Source of the DNA: Azolla caroliniana | Lineage: Eukaryota; Plantae; Polypodiophyta | Length of the DNA stretch: 64,000 nt | Reading direction: 5' to 3' | Assembly: GCA_043228905.1 (NCBI GenBank) | Contig: JBHGNT010000002.1 | Span: forward strand, 13,640,001-13,704,000 | In this document: piece after piece, positions 37,701 to 48,587 of the stretch | How the letters are laid out: each line of letters opens with the position of its first letter | Numbering within the stretch: the first letter of the stretch is position 1 | Notes under the pieces: generated by a model | Database searches by the model: none | Seen by the model: the letters and a program-made list of their open reading frames with translations, nothing else | Told to the model about the DNA's origin: nothing | Program-made: the position numbers and the translations under genes

Positions 37701-38190
37701 GACACCGGGATGAGCTACACCCGACCTACCCGCCTACGGTCCATTTCAAGTGGATGGTGGACTTGGTGACGATGCCGATGGGAGTAGGGAAGATGCGATA
37801 CCTGGTGCTTGCACGGGAAGACTTAACGAACCAAGTGGAAGGTCGTGCATTGCAGAACAAGACAACCGCAGCGGTATGCCGGTTCCTGATCGAAGAGGTA
37901 GTGTGTCGGTACGGGTGCGTCGAGAGGATCGTGGCGGACCGGGGAGAGTTGGATGTGCGAGAAGTTGAGGAGTTGTTCGACCGGTTGGGCATCAAACTCT
38001 CCCTCACTATGGCGTACAATCCGGAGGCGAACGGGAAGGTAGAACGTGGGCATGGGCCGATTGTGAAGGCATTGGTGCGTGCATGAGGAGGGCAAGTCGG
38101 GAATTGGCCGCGGCTCCTTCCTTACGCGCTATGGGCGAACCGAACTACGCACAGTTCGGTGACAGGGTTTATGCCGGCGAAGCTGATGTA
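34793..38190 (+). pseudogene. pol: RT-RNase H-integrase of the host Trp-PBS gypsy, decayed
   Basis: Same motifs as element C pol (FLDN in place of FLDD), with frameshifts, stops and the 265-bp array. Confidence 0.9.
36176..37503 (+). repeat. Five-copy 265-bp tandem array derived from the RNase H-integrase linker
   Basis: GTCGGCTAACATAG at 36222, 36487, 36752, 37017 and 37282. Confidence 0.95.
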
Positions 38191-39530
38191 CGAGTACTTG
38201 TCCAACACAGGGATACGGCATCAAAGGACCATTCCTTACACACCCATGCAGAATGGACTGGCAGAATGGATCAACCAAACGATCCAGGAGACGGTGACAA
38301 CAATGCTCCAGCAAGCCAGACTAAGGAGGAAAGTAACCTCACCTCGTATGTCGACTGAAGAAAAGCCTCTATGGCTTGAAACAAGCGCCGAGGATGTGGT
38401 ACTAGAAGTTCGACTCCTACATCTAGCAGCTTGGATACCGCCGATCAGACTTTGATCCATGTATGTACATTCGGCAACTGGCCGACGAGACTAGGATTTA
38501 CCTAATCCTATACGTCGATGACATGTTGATTGCATGAAGCAATCAAACAGAGATCGGAAAGCTGAAGCAAAGCCTTCATGACAAGTTTGCGATGAAGGAA
38601 CTCGGAAAATCCAATCACATACTAGGCATGAGGATTGAGCGAAATCGGATGACCAAGACTCTCCGACTCTCCGAGTCTGACTATATTCGGAAGGTGCTAA
38701 AGCACTTCAACATGGAGAATGTGAATCCAACACCAACGTCGATCTGAATATCGGACAGAGACTCTCCTTCAACGGACAAGGAGAGAGAGCTTAATGGAAA
38801 GATGCCCTATGCATCGGTTGTAGGAAGTATCATGTATGCAATGGTGGTGACCCGACCCGACCTGGCCATTGCCATAGGGGTGGTCAGCCGGTACATGTCA
38901 AATCTAGGACAGAAGCATTGAGAGGCCGTCAAGCACATCTTCAGGTACCTGAGAGGGACCGAAGATACACAACTGACTTTCGGATTGACAACCTCAGCCG
39001 AAGTCGAAGGCTACACTGACTTCGACTATGCCGGAAATACGAAGAATCAGATGTTAACATCACACTATATTTTCACCTATGGTGGCGGTGCGATATCATG
39101 GAGGTCAAAGCTTCAAGAGTGCACGGCCCTGTCGATCACAAAGGCCGAGTACATAGCAGCATCAGAGGTAGTGAAGGAAGCGATCTGGTTGCATCAATTG
39201 TCTGCCAACTTCTCATCTACAAGCCAAATTGACCGACCAACACTGACCATCTATTGCAACTCATAGAGTGCAATTCACCTCATTAATAATTCCATCTATC
39301 ACACAAAGATGAAGCACATTGAGGTTCAGTATCATCACATCTGAGAGCTCATAACCAAGAAGAAGCTCGAAGTCTGGAAGATCGACACTGAGGTGAACAT
39401 CGCCAATTGCTTGACGAAGCCACTCCCAGATCAACGCTTTGGAACACTAAGGACAAAGATGGGACTACAACAAGTGACCGAGCAAAAGAAAGACGAACGT
39501 GGAGTAGAAGGTAAGAGTCGACCAAACCAT
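38191..39530 (+). pseudogene. pol: Degenerate copia integrase/RT/RNase H fragment of a Tnt1/Tork-like type
   Basis: GIRHQRTIPYTPMQNGLAE, LYGLKQAPRMWY, YVDDMLI, MYAMVVTRPD, ISWRSKLQECTALS and KHIEV, with a large INT-RT deletion. Confidence 0.8.
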
Positions 39531-39601
39531 TCATGATAATGAGCCATGCTAGGCTCGACACAGACCTCACCTTTGCCGACTCAACTATATGCCGACCGAC
39601 T

Positions 39602-39937
39602 TGTAACATAAATTTAGATTAGTGTTGTAATCTAGGTTTACGGGGGAGACAACCCCAAACATATGTACATGTAGGAAAGAGTATTCCTTTTACGGGGGAG
39701 TTTGTCCTTCTACTTTGTATCCTAGTGTGAACTCGTCCATATAGTTAGGGTTTTTAATATATAAGTGATAACCTAACGTTGTAAAGAAAAACACTTGATC
39801 ATTCTTGTACAAAGTCTCTAAGAGAGAGGGAACGTAATAACAAAGCTTCCATTAAAGCTTAAACTGGGTATATCTTCAGTCTATTCTCTTATCTTCCTTG
39901 TGTGTTGTTTGCTAATCTCATACGACAGGTCCTCACA
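39602..39937 (+). mobile_element. LTR-like segment of unknown family
   Basis: TGTAAC...CACA ends, TATATAA, and TTACGGGGGAG twice. No TSD, PPT or partner LTR found. Confidence 0.35.
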
Positions 39938-40415
39938 TACGTTTCCTCACCCACATTGAACCATCATGTCTATTGTCCAATATATATCTCTCATCAACAT
40001 CTCAGCCTTGAAGGCCTCGAGATAGTTCATGATGTTCTTCCTGTTGAAACGCCCCGTCATACTGACTATTGTTTCCACAACCCTATCGAGGCCACTCGTG
40101 CTTTCACGAGCATTAACCAGGCGGTCGACAACCACTACCATCGCTTCAGCTAGCTCGCTTCCTCTCATCTTCAGACTCCTCTATCGCCCTTTCTCGTCGG
40201 GTTCACCAAACATGTCACGGATTTTTATGTGTATGTGTGTAAATAGGGTGGGACCACAAGGGTCTCGGACCAGGGAGCCAGTGGGATTAGGAAGGTCTTC
40301 CGAATTTATTCGTCGGATCTATTACCGGGCCGGTAGCGGGATAATAAGCAACGAGCACTTGAGATCAAGACTTGGGTAAATGCAGGCATCAGACGGATAC
40401 GGAACGATGAAGCGT
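39938..40415 (-). mobile_element. 5' fragment of another Trp-PBS gypsy (LTR end from 40213, PBS, gag start), cut by the insertion at 40416
   Basis: Minus strand ...CCGTGACA TGTT TGGTGAACCCGACGA, then MRGSELAEAMVVVVDRLV at 40168. Confidence 0.8.
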
Positions 40416-43400
40416 TGTCGTAGTGTAGGTTGCACACTATGTGGAAATTATATTTTTGTCCCTCCGGATAGAGAATGGAGTGCTCGGTGAGAACCGGAAG
40501 AAAACGGCATACCGGCAAGGAGGAAAACGGCATACCGGCAAGGAAGAAAACGGCATACCGGCAAGGAAGAGCCGGATAAAGAGAAGAAAACACGAGATAC
40601 TAAAAATAACTCATGCACATCTAGCGTGCATGAGCCCTAAACTTAGGAAATAAAAAAGCATCACATGCACATTTAGTGGACATGAACACTTTTTGTAAAA
40701 AAAAAAGCATGAAGCCATGCTTAGCTCTTCCTTCCTTATATAAGGAGGAGAGAAATATGTAAAGGGTTGTTGATTATTTGGATTAAGAATTAATCAATAC
40801 AAAAATTATTCGTGGGATTCACGATTTATACATCTACTTCTCTCTTAACACCCTAAGTACCAATTAATATAGTATACTTGTGTGATTCACGAGTTTCTTA
40901 TCTTTCTCTTTGCTATTTACTCATAATTAATCTCTATCTCACGAACTTCTTTCTCCTAGTCCAAGACCTCTGTGGTTCCCACCCGACTCACGCAACGATC
41001 CGGAGCCGAAAGGCACGACACAGTTGGTGAACCCGACGTGAAGACGGGTGGCAAGGAGATGGAGGCTCAACAAGCTAACAATATGATGGCGATGTTCGAA
41101 CGGATGCTTCAAGAACAACGCACGATGTCGGAGATTTCGGCATCAGTAGAGCGGCTCGTGCAACGCAACGGGCAATTTAATGGTAAGGATGTGTCGCGAT
41201 ATTTGTAGGACTACAAGGCGGAGATGCTCCGGTGCCGGGCTTCGGAAGGACTGCAAGTGACATCCTTTAACCGGGTGGCGACCGACGGGCTTCAAGGGAG
41301 TATCCACGGGTTGCAACAACAAAATCCGACGTGGGAAGCATTCGAAGAGGCGTTGAAGACCACGTTTGCCATCGAGGACTCCTCCAAGGCAACGCGGAGG
41401 GGATTCGAGGATTGGGTGGAAACGTCAAGTAAGGGGCTGAAGGTCCTCGAAGTGTTTTCGACATTCGAAAGTCGGTTCGGGAGGTTGTCCGCGAGAGATC
41501 AAACTATTCTTGCACCGGACAAAGTCATCATGTTTTTGCGAGCTGTGGACGTCCGGGACCGGAAAGATCTCGGAGTGCTTCTTGAGGACACGACCACCGA
41601 AAGCGGCCTCACCGAAACATGGGAAAGCGTGCGGGATATCGTCGCGCGGTACACGAAGAGGGGGCAGTGGCTTGCCAACGAAGAAAAGAGGGTTTCGGAA
41701 CCGATTCCGAAACCGAGAACGGGACTGGAAGACCATCAACCGAGGGCTCGGGAGATTACGGCCGAGAAGGGAGTCGACGCGTCTACGGTGGAGCAGCTGC
41801 TGAAGGAGATGGAGAATCTAAAGATCGCGATGGTGAAGAAGTCGGATGACCGCCCCACAAGCTCCAAATATACGGATCGACGGTGCATATGGTGGGATAG
41901 CGCCGAACACGATCGGAGGGATTGCGACGACCATAAGGAGGCGCTACGACGGGATCTCATCTACTACGAGGGAAACCGGATTCATTCGATGGACTCTCGG
42001 AAGCCACTCCGACCGAACTTCCGGAAAGGCGGCATGAAGAAGGTGCTCGAGGAGGAGTTAGCGGCAAGAAGCAACTATGCGACAACCGCAGGAATATGTG
42101 TCGGGAGTCAACGGGAGCGAAGGCGTCTTTCTGGCCGGAGGTGCTAGGAAACACCGAGAAAACCGACTCCAACGATATCCGAAACACCGCGGAAGGCGTC
42201 CGGGAAGCTACAGGATGGGAGTGCCCTGTCGACAAGAATAGCATATACGCCCTGTGTCAATTACATGAGGTGTATGTGGACGAGAAACGACGGCGCACGG
42301 AGGATGCGGCCGGACCATCGAAGATACCGGAAAGCTGGAACTCCGGAGGTAAGGGAAAAGAAAAGGCGACTCCGGCATTCAAGCTCGCCTCGGACATTGA
42401 ACAACAAACCGACTTGAAAAGAGTGTTCGAGGAAAGAATCTTGGATAGCCGGGTAGATTTTTCGCTGCGGGAACTACTCGGAATAGCGAAGAAGGAGTTT
42501 CACGATCTTCTCGTGGATCTCGTAAAAAGGAAGAGACAAAGTACGGAGGAAAATGCTCCAAAGGTGAATGCAAATACCGTTTCAATGAACGACACCGAAG
42601 TGGAAGGCGAAATTCCGAACTCCCACTATACAAGGCCACACTGGGCACGTGCGACTACGGAGACTCCGGTCCGAATCGGCAACATCAAAGAAACCGTGCT
42701 AGCATTGATTGATCACGGATCGGAGATCAACTTGATGTCCAAGGAGTTCTACCGAAAGGGGAAGTGGCCTATAAACACCAACCATGGATGGAAGATTCGG
42801 GCAGCCACGAAAACGACAGAAGACCTATTTGCGGCTTGTCCGGATGTGACGGTAAAGATCGGGGATGTCGAAATTGACCAAAATTTCTTTGTGCAGGATG
42901 AGGTTTCACATTCTGTCATCCTCGGCCAACCCTTTATCACGGCTTCACGGATGGAGACGAAGGTGCTCGATAGTGGTGCGGCTTTTGCGCGAATTCGGAG
43001 CCAAAACGGAGGGAAATCCGTCCAATTCCTAACGGTGCCGGCAAATCACGAAAGGAACAAGAGGGAACTCTTGTCCCAAGTGAGAATGGATTTTTAAAGC
43101 GGACTATTGCGGAGTGGGGAAGTGATAGTCCGAGAAGCCCTGATACCCCACACAGGAAGAAAACTCTCGGAGTAAAACAAGTACGAATCGGCCCGGATGG
43201 GGCATCTACGTACACGGCCGTAACCGGAGGAATGAAGAAACAATACCGACAAGTGGAGGATAAGTTACGGTCGGCATCAATAATAAAAGAAGACGAAGAA
43301 ATCGTGGGAGTGATCGAGGAAGTGTTCTATGGGAATACACTACAACGGCTTGAAGAGCTTGCGGAAGATAAAAGCCAAGGGAACCGGGTAGTCCCGGTGG

Positions 43401-44839
43401 AATCGGTCGAGATGTACGAGATCGTTGCGAAAATGGGGCCGGATGCGCTCCGCAAAGAAGAAGCAATGATAAGTACGAAATACAAGACCGTGGAGAAGAA
43501 GGTGAAACCGGCCGCGGGACCACTACCCGCCGATAGCGAACAAAAGAAGAAAGAAGTCTCGGGAGATCCGACACTTCAGAAGTCCGTGGATATCGGACAT
43601 GCCTTCACAGATGAGACCCGGAAGAAACTTCGGATCGGTGGAGGTGGGTTCCTCTTACAAGAAGAAGAAAAACGGTTTCGAGAGATGTTGGAGCAACATG
43701 GCAAAGCATTCGCGTTCACATCGAGGGAGATTGGATGCATTGATCCAAAGATAGTGGAGCCGATGGTGATTTTCACGATTGATCATGTACCGTGGAACCT
43801 GAAGCCGATTCCGGTGCCACGGGCGCATATTCCGAAAGTCATCGACTTGCTCAAGGAGAAGGTGGCGATGGGGATTCTAGAGCCATCAAGTGCTCCGTAC
43901 TCAAATCGATGGTTTACGGTTCCGAAGAAGAATGGGTCACTCCGATTCATCCAAGACTTGCAACCGGTGAACAAGGTCACGATCCGGAACTCGGGAGTTG
44001 GTCCGATAGTGGACGAATTCGCGGAAGCTTTTGCCGGACGTGCGATATACTCCATCGGGGACCTATACTCGCGGTATGACCAATTCCAACTAGCCGTGGA
44101 GAGCCGAGACATCACTACCATGCGGACACCGATAGGACTAGTTCGAATGTGCACACTACCACAAGGAGCGACAAACTCGGTTGCACATATGATGAACGCG
44201 ATGAACAAGGTGCTTCGAGATTGCATCCCGGAGATAACGATGCCGTTTCTAGACGACATTCCGATGAAAGGATGCGCGGTGGAAGAAAAAGATGAGACTA
44301 TGGATGATCGGGGATGCCGAAAGTTCGTGGTCGACCATATTCATGATTGCGAGAAAGTGTTGCGAAAGCTAGAAGATGTGCACCTAACACTTTCCGGGGA
44401 GAAATCGGCATTCGGGCAAGAAGAAATATTGGTGGTCGGACATCTATGTGGACCCTACGGCCGAAGACCGTCACCAACAAAGATCGATGCGATTCAAGCT
44501 ATGAAGGAAGTATGTAAATCAACATCGGAAGTCCGAAGGTTTCTGGGTGCGTGTGCATTCTATCACATATGGATTCCGCACTATGCACATATAGCGGACC
44601 CGCTCTACCACTTGTTGCGGAAAGGTAAGAAATTCGAGTGGAAACCGGAACACACTAAAGCCATGAGGAAGCTCAAGAAGACACTATGGAGGGCGGAATC
44701 ACTTAAGAAGCCAAGCTACGAGCGGCCAATCATAGTAACGGTTGATACAAGTCCAACCGGTATCGGGTGGGTCATCAATCAAGCCGACTCGGATGGTTCG
44801 CGGTATCCGATCCGATTTGGAGCAAAGGTCCTCAACGAA
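40416..44839 (+). mobile_element. Trp-PBS gypsy subfamily D, copy 1 (5' LTR 40416-41020), truncated in RNase H
   Basis: Nearly identical to 47690-52369. PBS at 41025-41042. gag-PR 41059-43097 has a TAG at 41206 and a 1-nt deletion near 42103. pol is open from 43094 to 44839. Confidence 0.93.
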
Positions 44840-44996
44840 CCATCCGACATGTTATCGAGGGGAAGGACAACGCGGATTAAGCAAGGAAGGAATACAACCA
44901 ACTCCCAAAATAGATTAAGCAAGGAAGGAAGGAATACAGGAAGCCTATGACCTACCAGAGCTTCGATTCTTTATTGTGCAATTCTTGGAGTCAACC

Positions 44997-45308
44997 TGTA
45001 AAAGACATTGTGCGGAAGTTAAGACGAAACCCGTGAGTCCGGATAACAATAGAACACAAAACGGAAGTTTAATGGAAAGGTTCAATACACGGGAGAGAAA
45101 GAGAGACAGAGACTAGAACAACAAAAACTTAATTAAAAAATAACACTCTGTACATACAAATGTCCTAAAGAACACTTTTTATACAAGTCTTTAAAAGGAC
45201 TGACAAAGGTATTGACATGTACTTCAATGTCATACGAGTGATTGACACGAACTCCAAGGAATATGCCTACGTACTAGGCTCGGCTTGTAGGCTCTAACGG
45301 CCTACTAG
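44997..45308 (-). mobile_element. Partial Copia-C family LTR
   Basis: Shares blocks (TACACGGGAGAG, CACTTTTATACAA, GTACTTCAATG, TACTAGGCT) with 7058-7445. Confidence 0.7.
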
Positions 45309-45450
45309 TGTCATGTGAATCTTCACACACTATATAAAAAAATAATGAAATAATTATTTTAGATTAGATTAGTAGCTTGTTATAGGAAGATGGATGTACT
45401 CAAGAGCTTCAAAACACATTTTACTAGATACAAAATAGACAATTATATAT

Positions 45451-45803
45451 CAAGTTATGAGAACATGAAGTTTGAGAAAATATGGAAAATAGAACTATGA
45501 TTTATCCCACATAGATAGGAAATTTAAGGCCCTGGCTATATAAGCACATTGAGATCCCTTATTTTTTCATTTGTGCTGAGAGCACTTTGGCCACTATGTC
45601 TAGATGGATGAATGTGGCCAAATTCCCAAGTTATGAGAACATGAAGTTTGAGAAAATATGGAAAATAGAACTATGATTTATTCCACATTAATAGGAAATT
45701 TAAGGCCCTGGCTATATAAGCGCATTGAGATCCCTTAATTTTTTATTTGTGCTGAGAGCACTTTGGCCACTTTGTCTAGATGGATAATTGTGGCCAAATT
45801 CCC
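45451..45803. repeat. 176-bp AT-rich tandem duplication
   Basis: CAAGTTATGAGAACATGAAGTTTG at 45451 and 45627. Confidence 0.88.
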
Positions 45804-45805
45804 AA

Positions 45806-46085
45806 AAACCGATTGGCAATAAATTGGAACCGGCCAGTAAGCAAACCAGAACCGGCTGGTAAGCAAACCGAAACCTGCCGGTAATCAAAATGGAACCGGT
45901 CGGTAAGCAAACTAGAACCGGCTGATAATCAAAATGGAACTGGTCTGTAAGCGAACCAGAATCGGCTGGAAATCGATTCGGAACCGGTTGGTAAGCCGGA
46001 AACCAAACCGGAATCGGCCGGTAAGAAAATCGGAACCGGCCAGGCATCAAATCGGAACCGGACTAAACGGACGCGGACCGGACAG
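45806..46085. repeat. Degenerate ~21-bp minisatellite rich in AACCGG
   Basis: Recurrent GAACCGGnnnGTAAGCAAA/GTAATCAAAA units. Confidence 0.7.
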
Positions 46086-46249
46086 ATTGGATGGGCGGCG
46101 ATCGAGACGGATAGATGATAGGATCATGTGGCTAATTAAAGTAAAGTAAAGAAAACTTAAGTAAAGGTCATGTGGACGGTCGCATGCAACTAAAAGAAAA
46201 GGCCATGCAACTAAAAAACAAAAGGATTATGCGGATCGTCATCGGTTTC

Positions 46250-46820
46250 CATCCTATTTTGATATTGGAGATAGAGTATGGCTATCACGAAGGCACATCA
46301 AGACTAGTTGACCATGTGAAAAATTGAATTATCAATAGTTAGGGCCTTTCCGTATTAACGAGAGAATTAATGATGTCACTTTTCGCCTTGATCTACCTTT
46401 GCAGCAACGGATACATCCGGTATTTCATAGTTCTCTTCTAGAACCCTATCAACACAACACTATTCCCAATCGTATTACACCACCTCCACCCCTGATCTAA
46501 CTTTAAGATGGACCTAAGTACGAGGTTGCAACCATCCTCATTTCCAAGATTGTTCGCAACAAGCTCTACTATTTGGTCGATTGGTTAGGCTATAGTCCAA
46601 GAGAGCGTACTTGGGAACTAGTAGAGAATGTGGCCAATGCTTGAGCTCTTCTTGAAGACTTCCATTATCAATATCCAAACAAACTAGGTCCTCAATCAAA
46701 GACGACTCGTAACACTTGTCGTTTAAAGGGGGGATAGTGTCATGATATGGCATGGTATGGCTCCAAAAGGATTTGAACCCATGATGTTTAAATTAATCGC
46801 AAAAATCACACAAAGTCTGT
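46250..46820 (+). pseudogene. Chromovirus integrase C-terminus with chromodomain, PPT and start of a 3' LTR (46738)
   Basis: LGPFRI...FRLDLP...IHPVFHSSLLEPY (GPY/F module), then YEVATIL...YYLVDWLGY...TWE. AAAGGGGGGATAG precedes TGTCATG. Confidence 0.85.
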
Positions 46821-47770
46821 GCCGAATAGGGTTTGCATCGTCGAAATCGGACTCTTAACTCTTTATCCGGCAAGGTCAGCACAGACTGATAAGCATTTTG
46901 CTTTATGTGGATGATCTAGTCATCGTCAGCGCTTACCTACATGAAATCAGCTGCGTAAAGTCCTAGCTAGCGGCATCATTCGATATGAAGGATCTGGGGA
47001 CCTTCATTATTTCCTCGGGATCGAAGTGATCCGCACCCCGGAAGGCATACTGATAAGTCAACACCACTATGTGTTGAGTACGCTCTTCAAATTCGGTATA
47101 ACGGAATGCAATTTTGTCTCAACTCCTCTAGACCGAAACGTTAAGCTTCACCAAGGGTCAAGCACAGCATGCGACGCGACATGGTTCCGACAGATAATCA
47201 AAAGCCTTATCTATCTAACGATCACTCGACCGAACCTCAGTTATCCGGTCGGATTGATTAGTCAATTCATCTGTCAGGCGATTGTCGAACATCTGTAGTG
47301 TGCGCATCAGATTATGCGGTATGTTAACGGCACTAAAGATTGGGCATTGTTGTATCCAACTAGTGTAGAGGAGGAACCGGAGACATCCGATTCAATCAAT
47401 AGTCAAAGTGAACCGAAAGCAGTCGATTCGATCGAAATGTTCAATTCGGAGGAGCTAAATCGATTGACCTAGCAGACAAGGAGGCAAACGAAGCCGACAC
47501 CGACACGGAGGAGCTGACGAGTCGAGGGGTGCCAACACTGCGACGGCGAAGAAGCTAACTTGGGCCAAGGGAGGAGACAAGCCGACCGAGAAGTTCGAGG
47601 TGCGCGGGACCGGACAGGTCGAGGAGCGCAATCAAGGCGTAGGGACGGCGGAAGAAGTTGACAGCAGGGATTGGCAAAGACAGACACGATGTCGTAGTGT
47701 AGGTTGCACACTATGTGCAAATTATATTTTTGTCCCTCCGGATAGAGAATGGAGTGCTCGGTGAGAACCG

Positions 47771-47885
47771 GAAGAAAACGGCATACCGACAAGGAGGAAA
47801 ACGGCATACCGGCAAGGAGGAAAACGGCATACCGGCAAGGAGGAAAACGGCATACCGGCAAGGAAGAAAACGGCATACCGGCAAG
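47771..47885 (+). repeat. 23-bp tandem array in subfamily D LTRs: 5 units here, 4 at 54298-54389, 3 at ~40497-40565
   Basis: Unit GARGAAAACGGCATACCGGCAAG, head to tail with no spacers. Confidence 0.95.
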
Positions 47886-48262
47886 GAAGAGCCGGATAAA
47901 GAGACATAAATGTAAAAAAGAAAGGAAATACTCACTGCTGCGCAGGGCGTGATTCGAAGTCTGCACCTCCACGTTGACAAACCCCAACCTTACCATTACA
48001 TTAAATTATCTTAAGTGTTTTAAATATAGATTTAATATGTATAGGAGCTTTATTTATGCATACCTTTATTAAAAGGTAAATCGTGTATTTTTTTAATATA
48101 TGAAAAAGAAAAAAAAAACACGAGACACTAAAAATAACTCATGCACATCTAGCGTGCATGAGCCCTATACTTAGGAAATAAAAAAGCATCACATGCACAT
48201 TTAGTGGAGATGAACACTTTTTTGTAAAAAAAAAAGCATGAAGCCATGCTTAGCTCTTCTTT

Positions 48263-48274
48263 CCTTATATAAGG
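48263..48274 (+). promoter_or_regulatory. Probable LTR TATA box, palindromic CCTTATATAAGG
   Basis: Conserved in the LTRs at 40416, 47690, 54217 and 59412. Confidence 0.6.
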
Positions 48275-48587
48275 AGGAGAGAAATATGTAAAGGGTTGTT
48301 GATTATTTGGATTAAGAATTAATCAATACAAAAATTATTCGTGGGATTCACGATTTATACATCTACTTCTCTCTTAACACCCTAAGTACCAATTAATATA
48401 GTATACTCGTGTGATTCACGAGTTTCTTATCTTTCTCTTTGCTATTTACTCATAATTAATCTCTATCTCACGAACTTCTTTCTCCTAGTCCAAGACCTCT
48501 GTGGTTCCCACCCGACTCACGCAACGATCCGGAGCCGAAAGGCACGACACAGTTGGTGAACCCGACGTGAAGACGGGTGGCAAGGAG

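Larger units (their letters stand above)
8802..38190 (+). mobile_element. Trp-PBS gypsy element (host of the nest); 5' LTR 8802-9584, 3' end lost
   Basis: LTR TGTCGTGAAG...CGCGACA and PBS TGGTGAACCCGACG at 9589. gag-PR 9629-11755. pol runs 11752-12365 and resumes at 34793, restoring GRHG|KAFAFSP across the insertion. It ends inside integrase at ~38190. Confidence 0.9.

Noticed and set aside
46750-46800. Second B-box-like motif (GGATTTGAACCC) at the start of the chromovirus LTR
   Set aside because: Single degenerate occurrence with no clear A box or second copy to support it.
47771-47885. 23-bp repeats as a CRISPR array
   Set aside because: Units are head to tail with no unique spacers, lie inside LTRs, and no cas genes are present.
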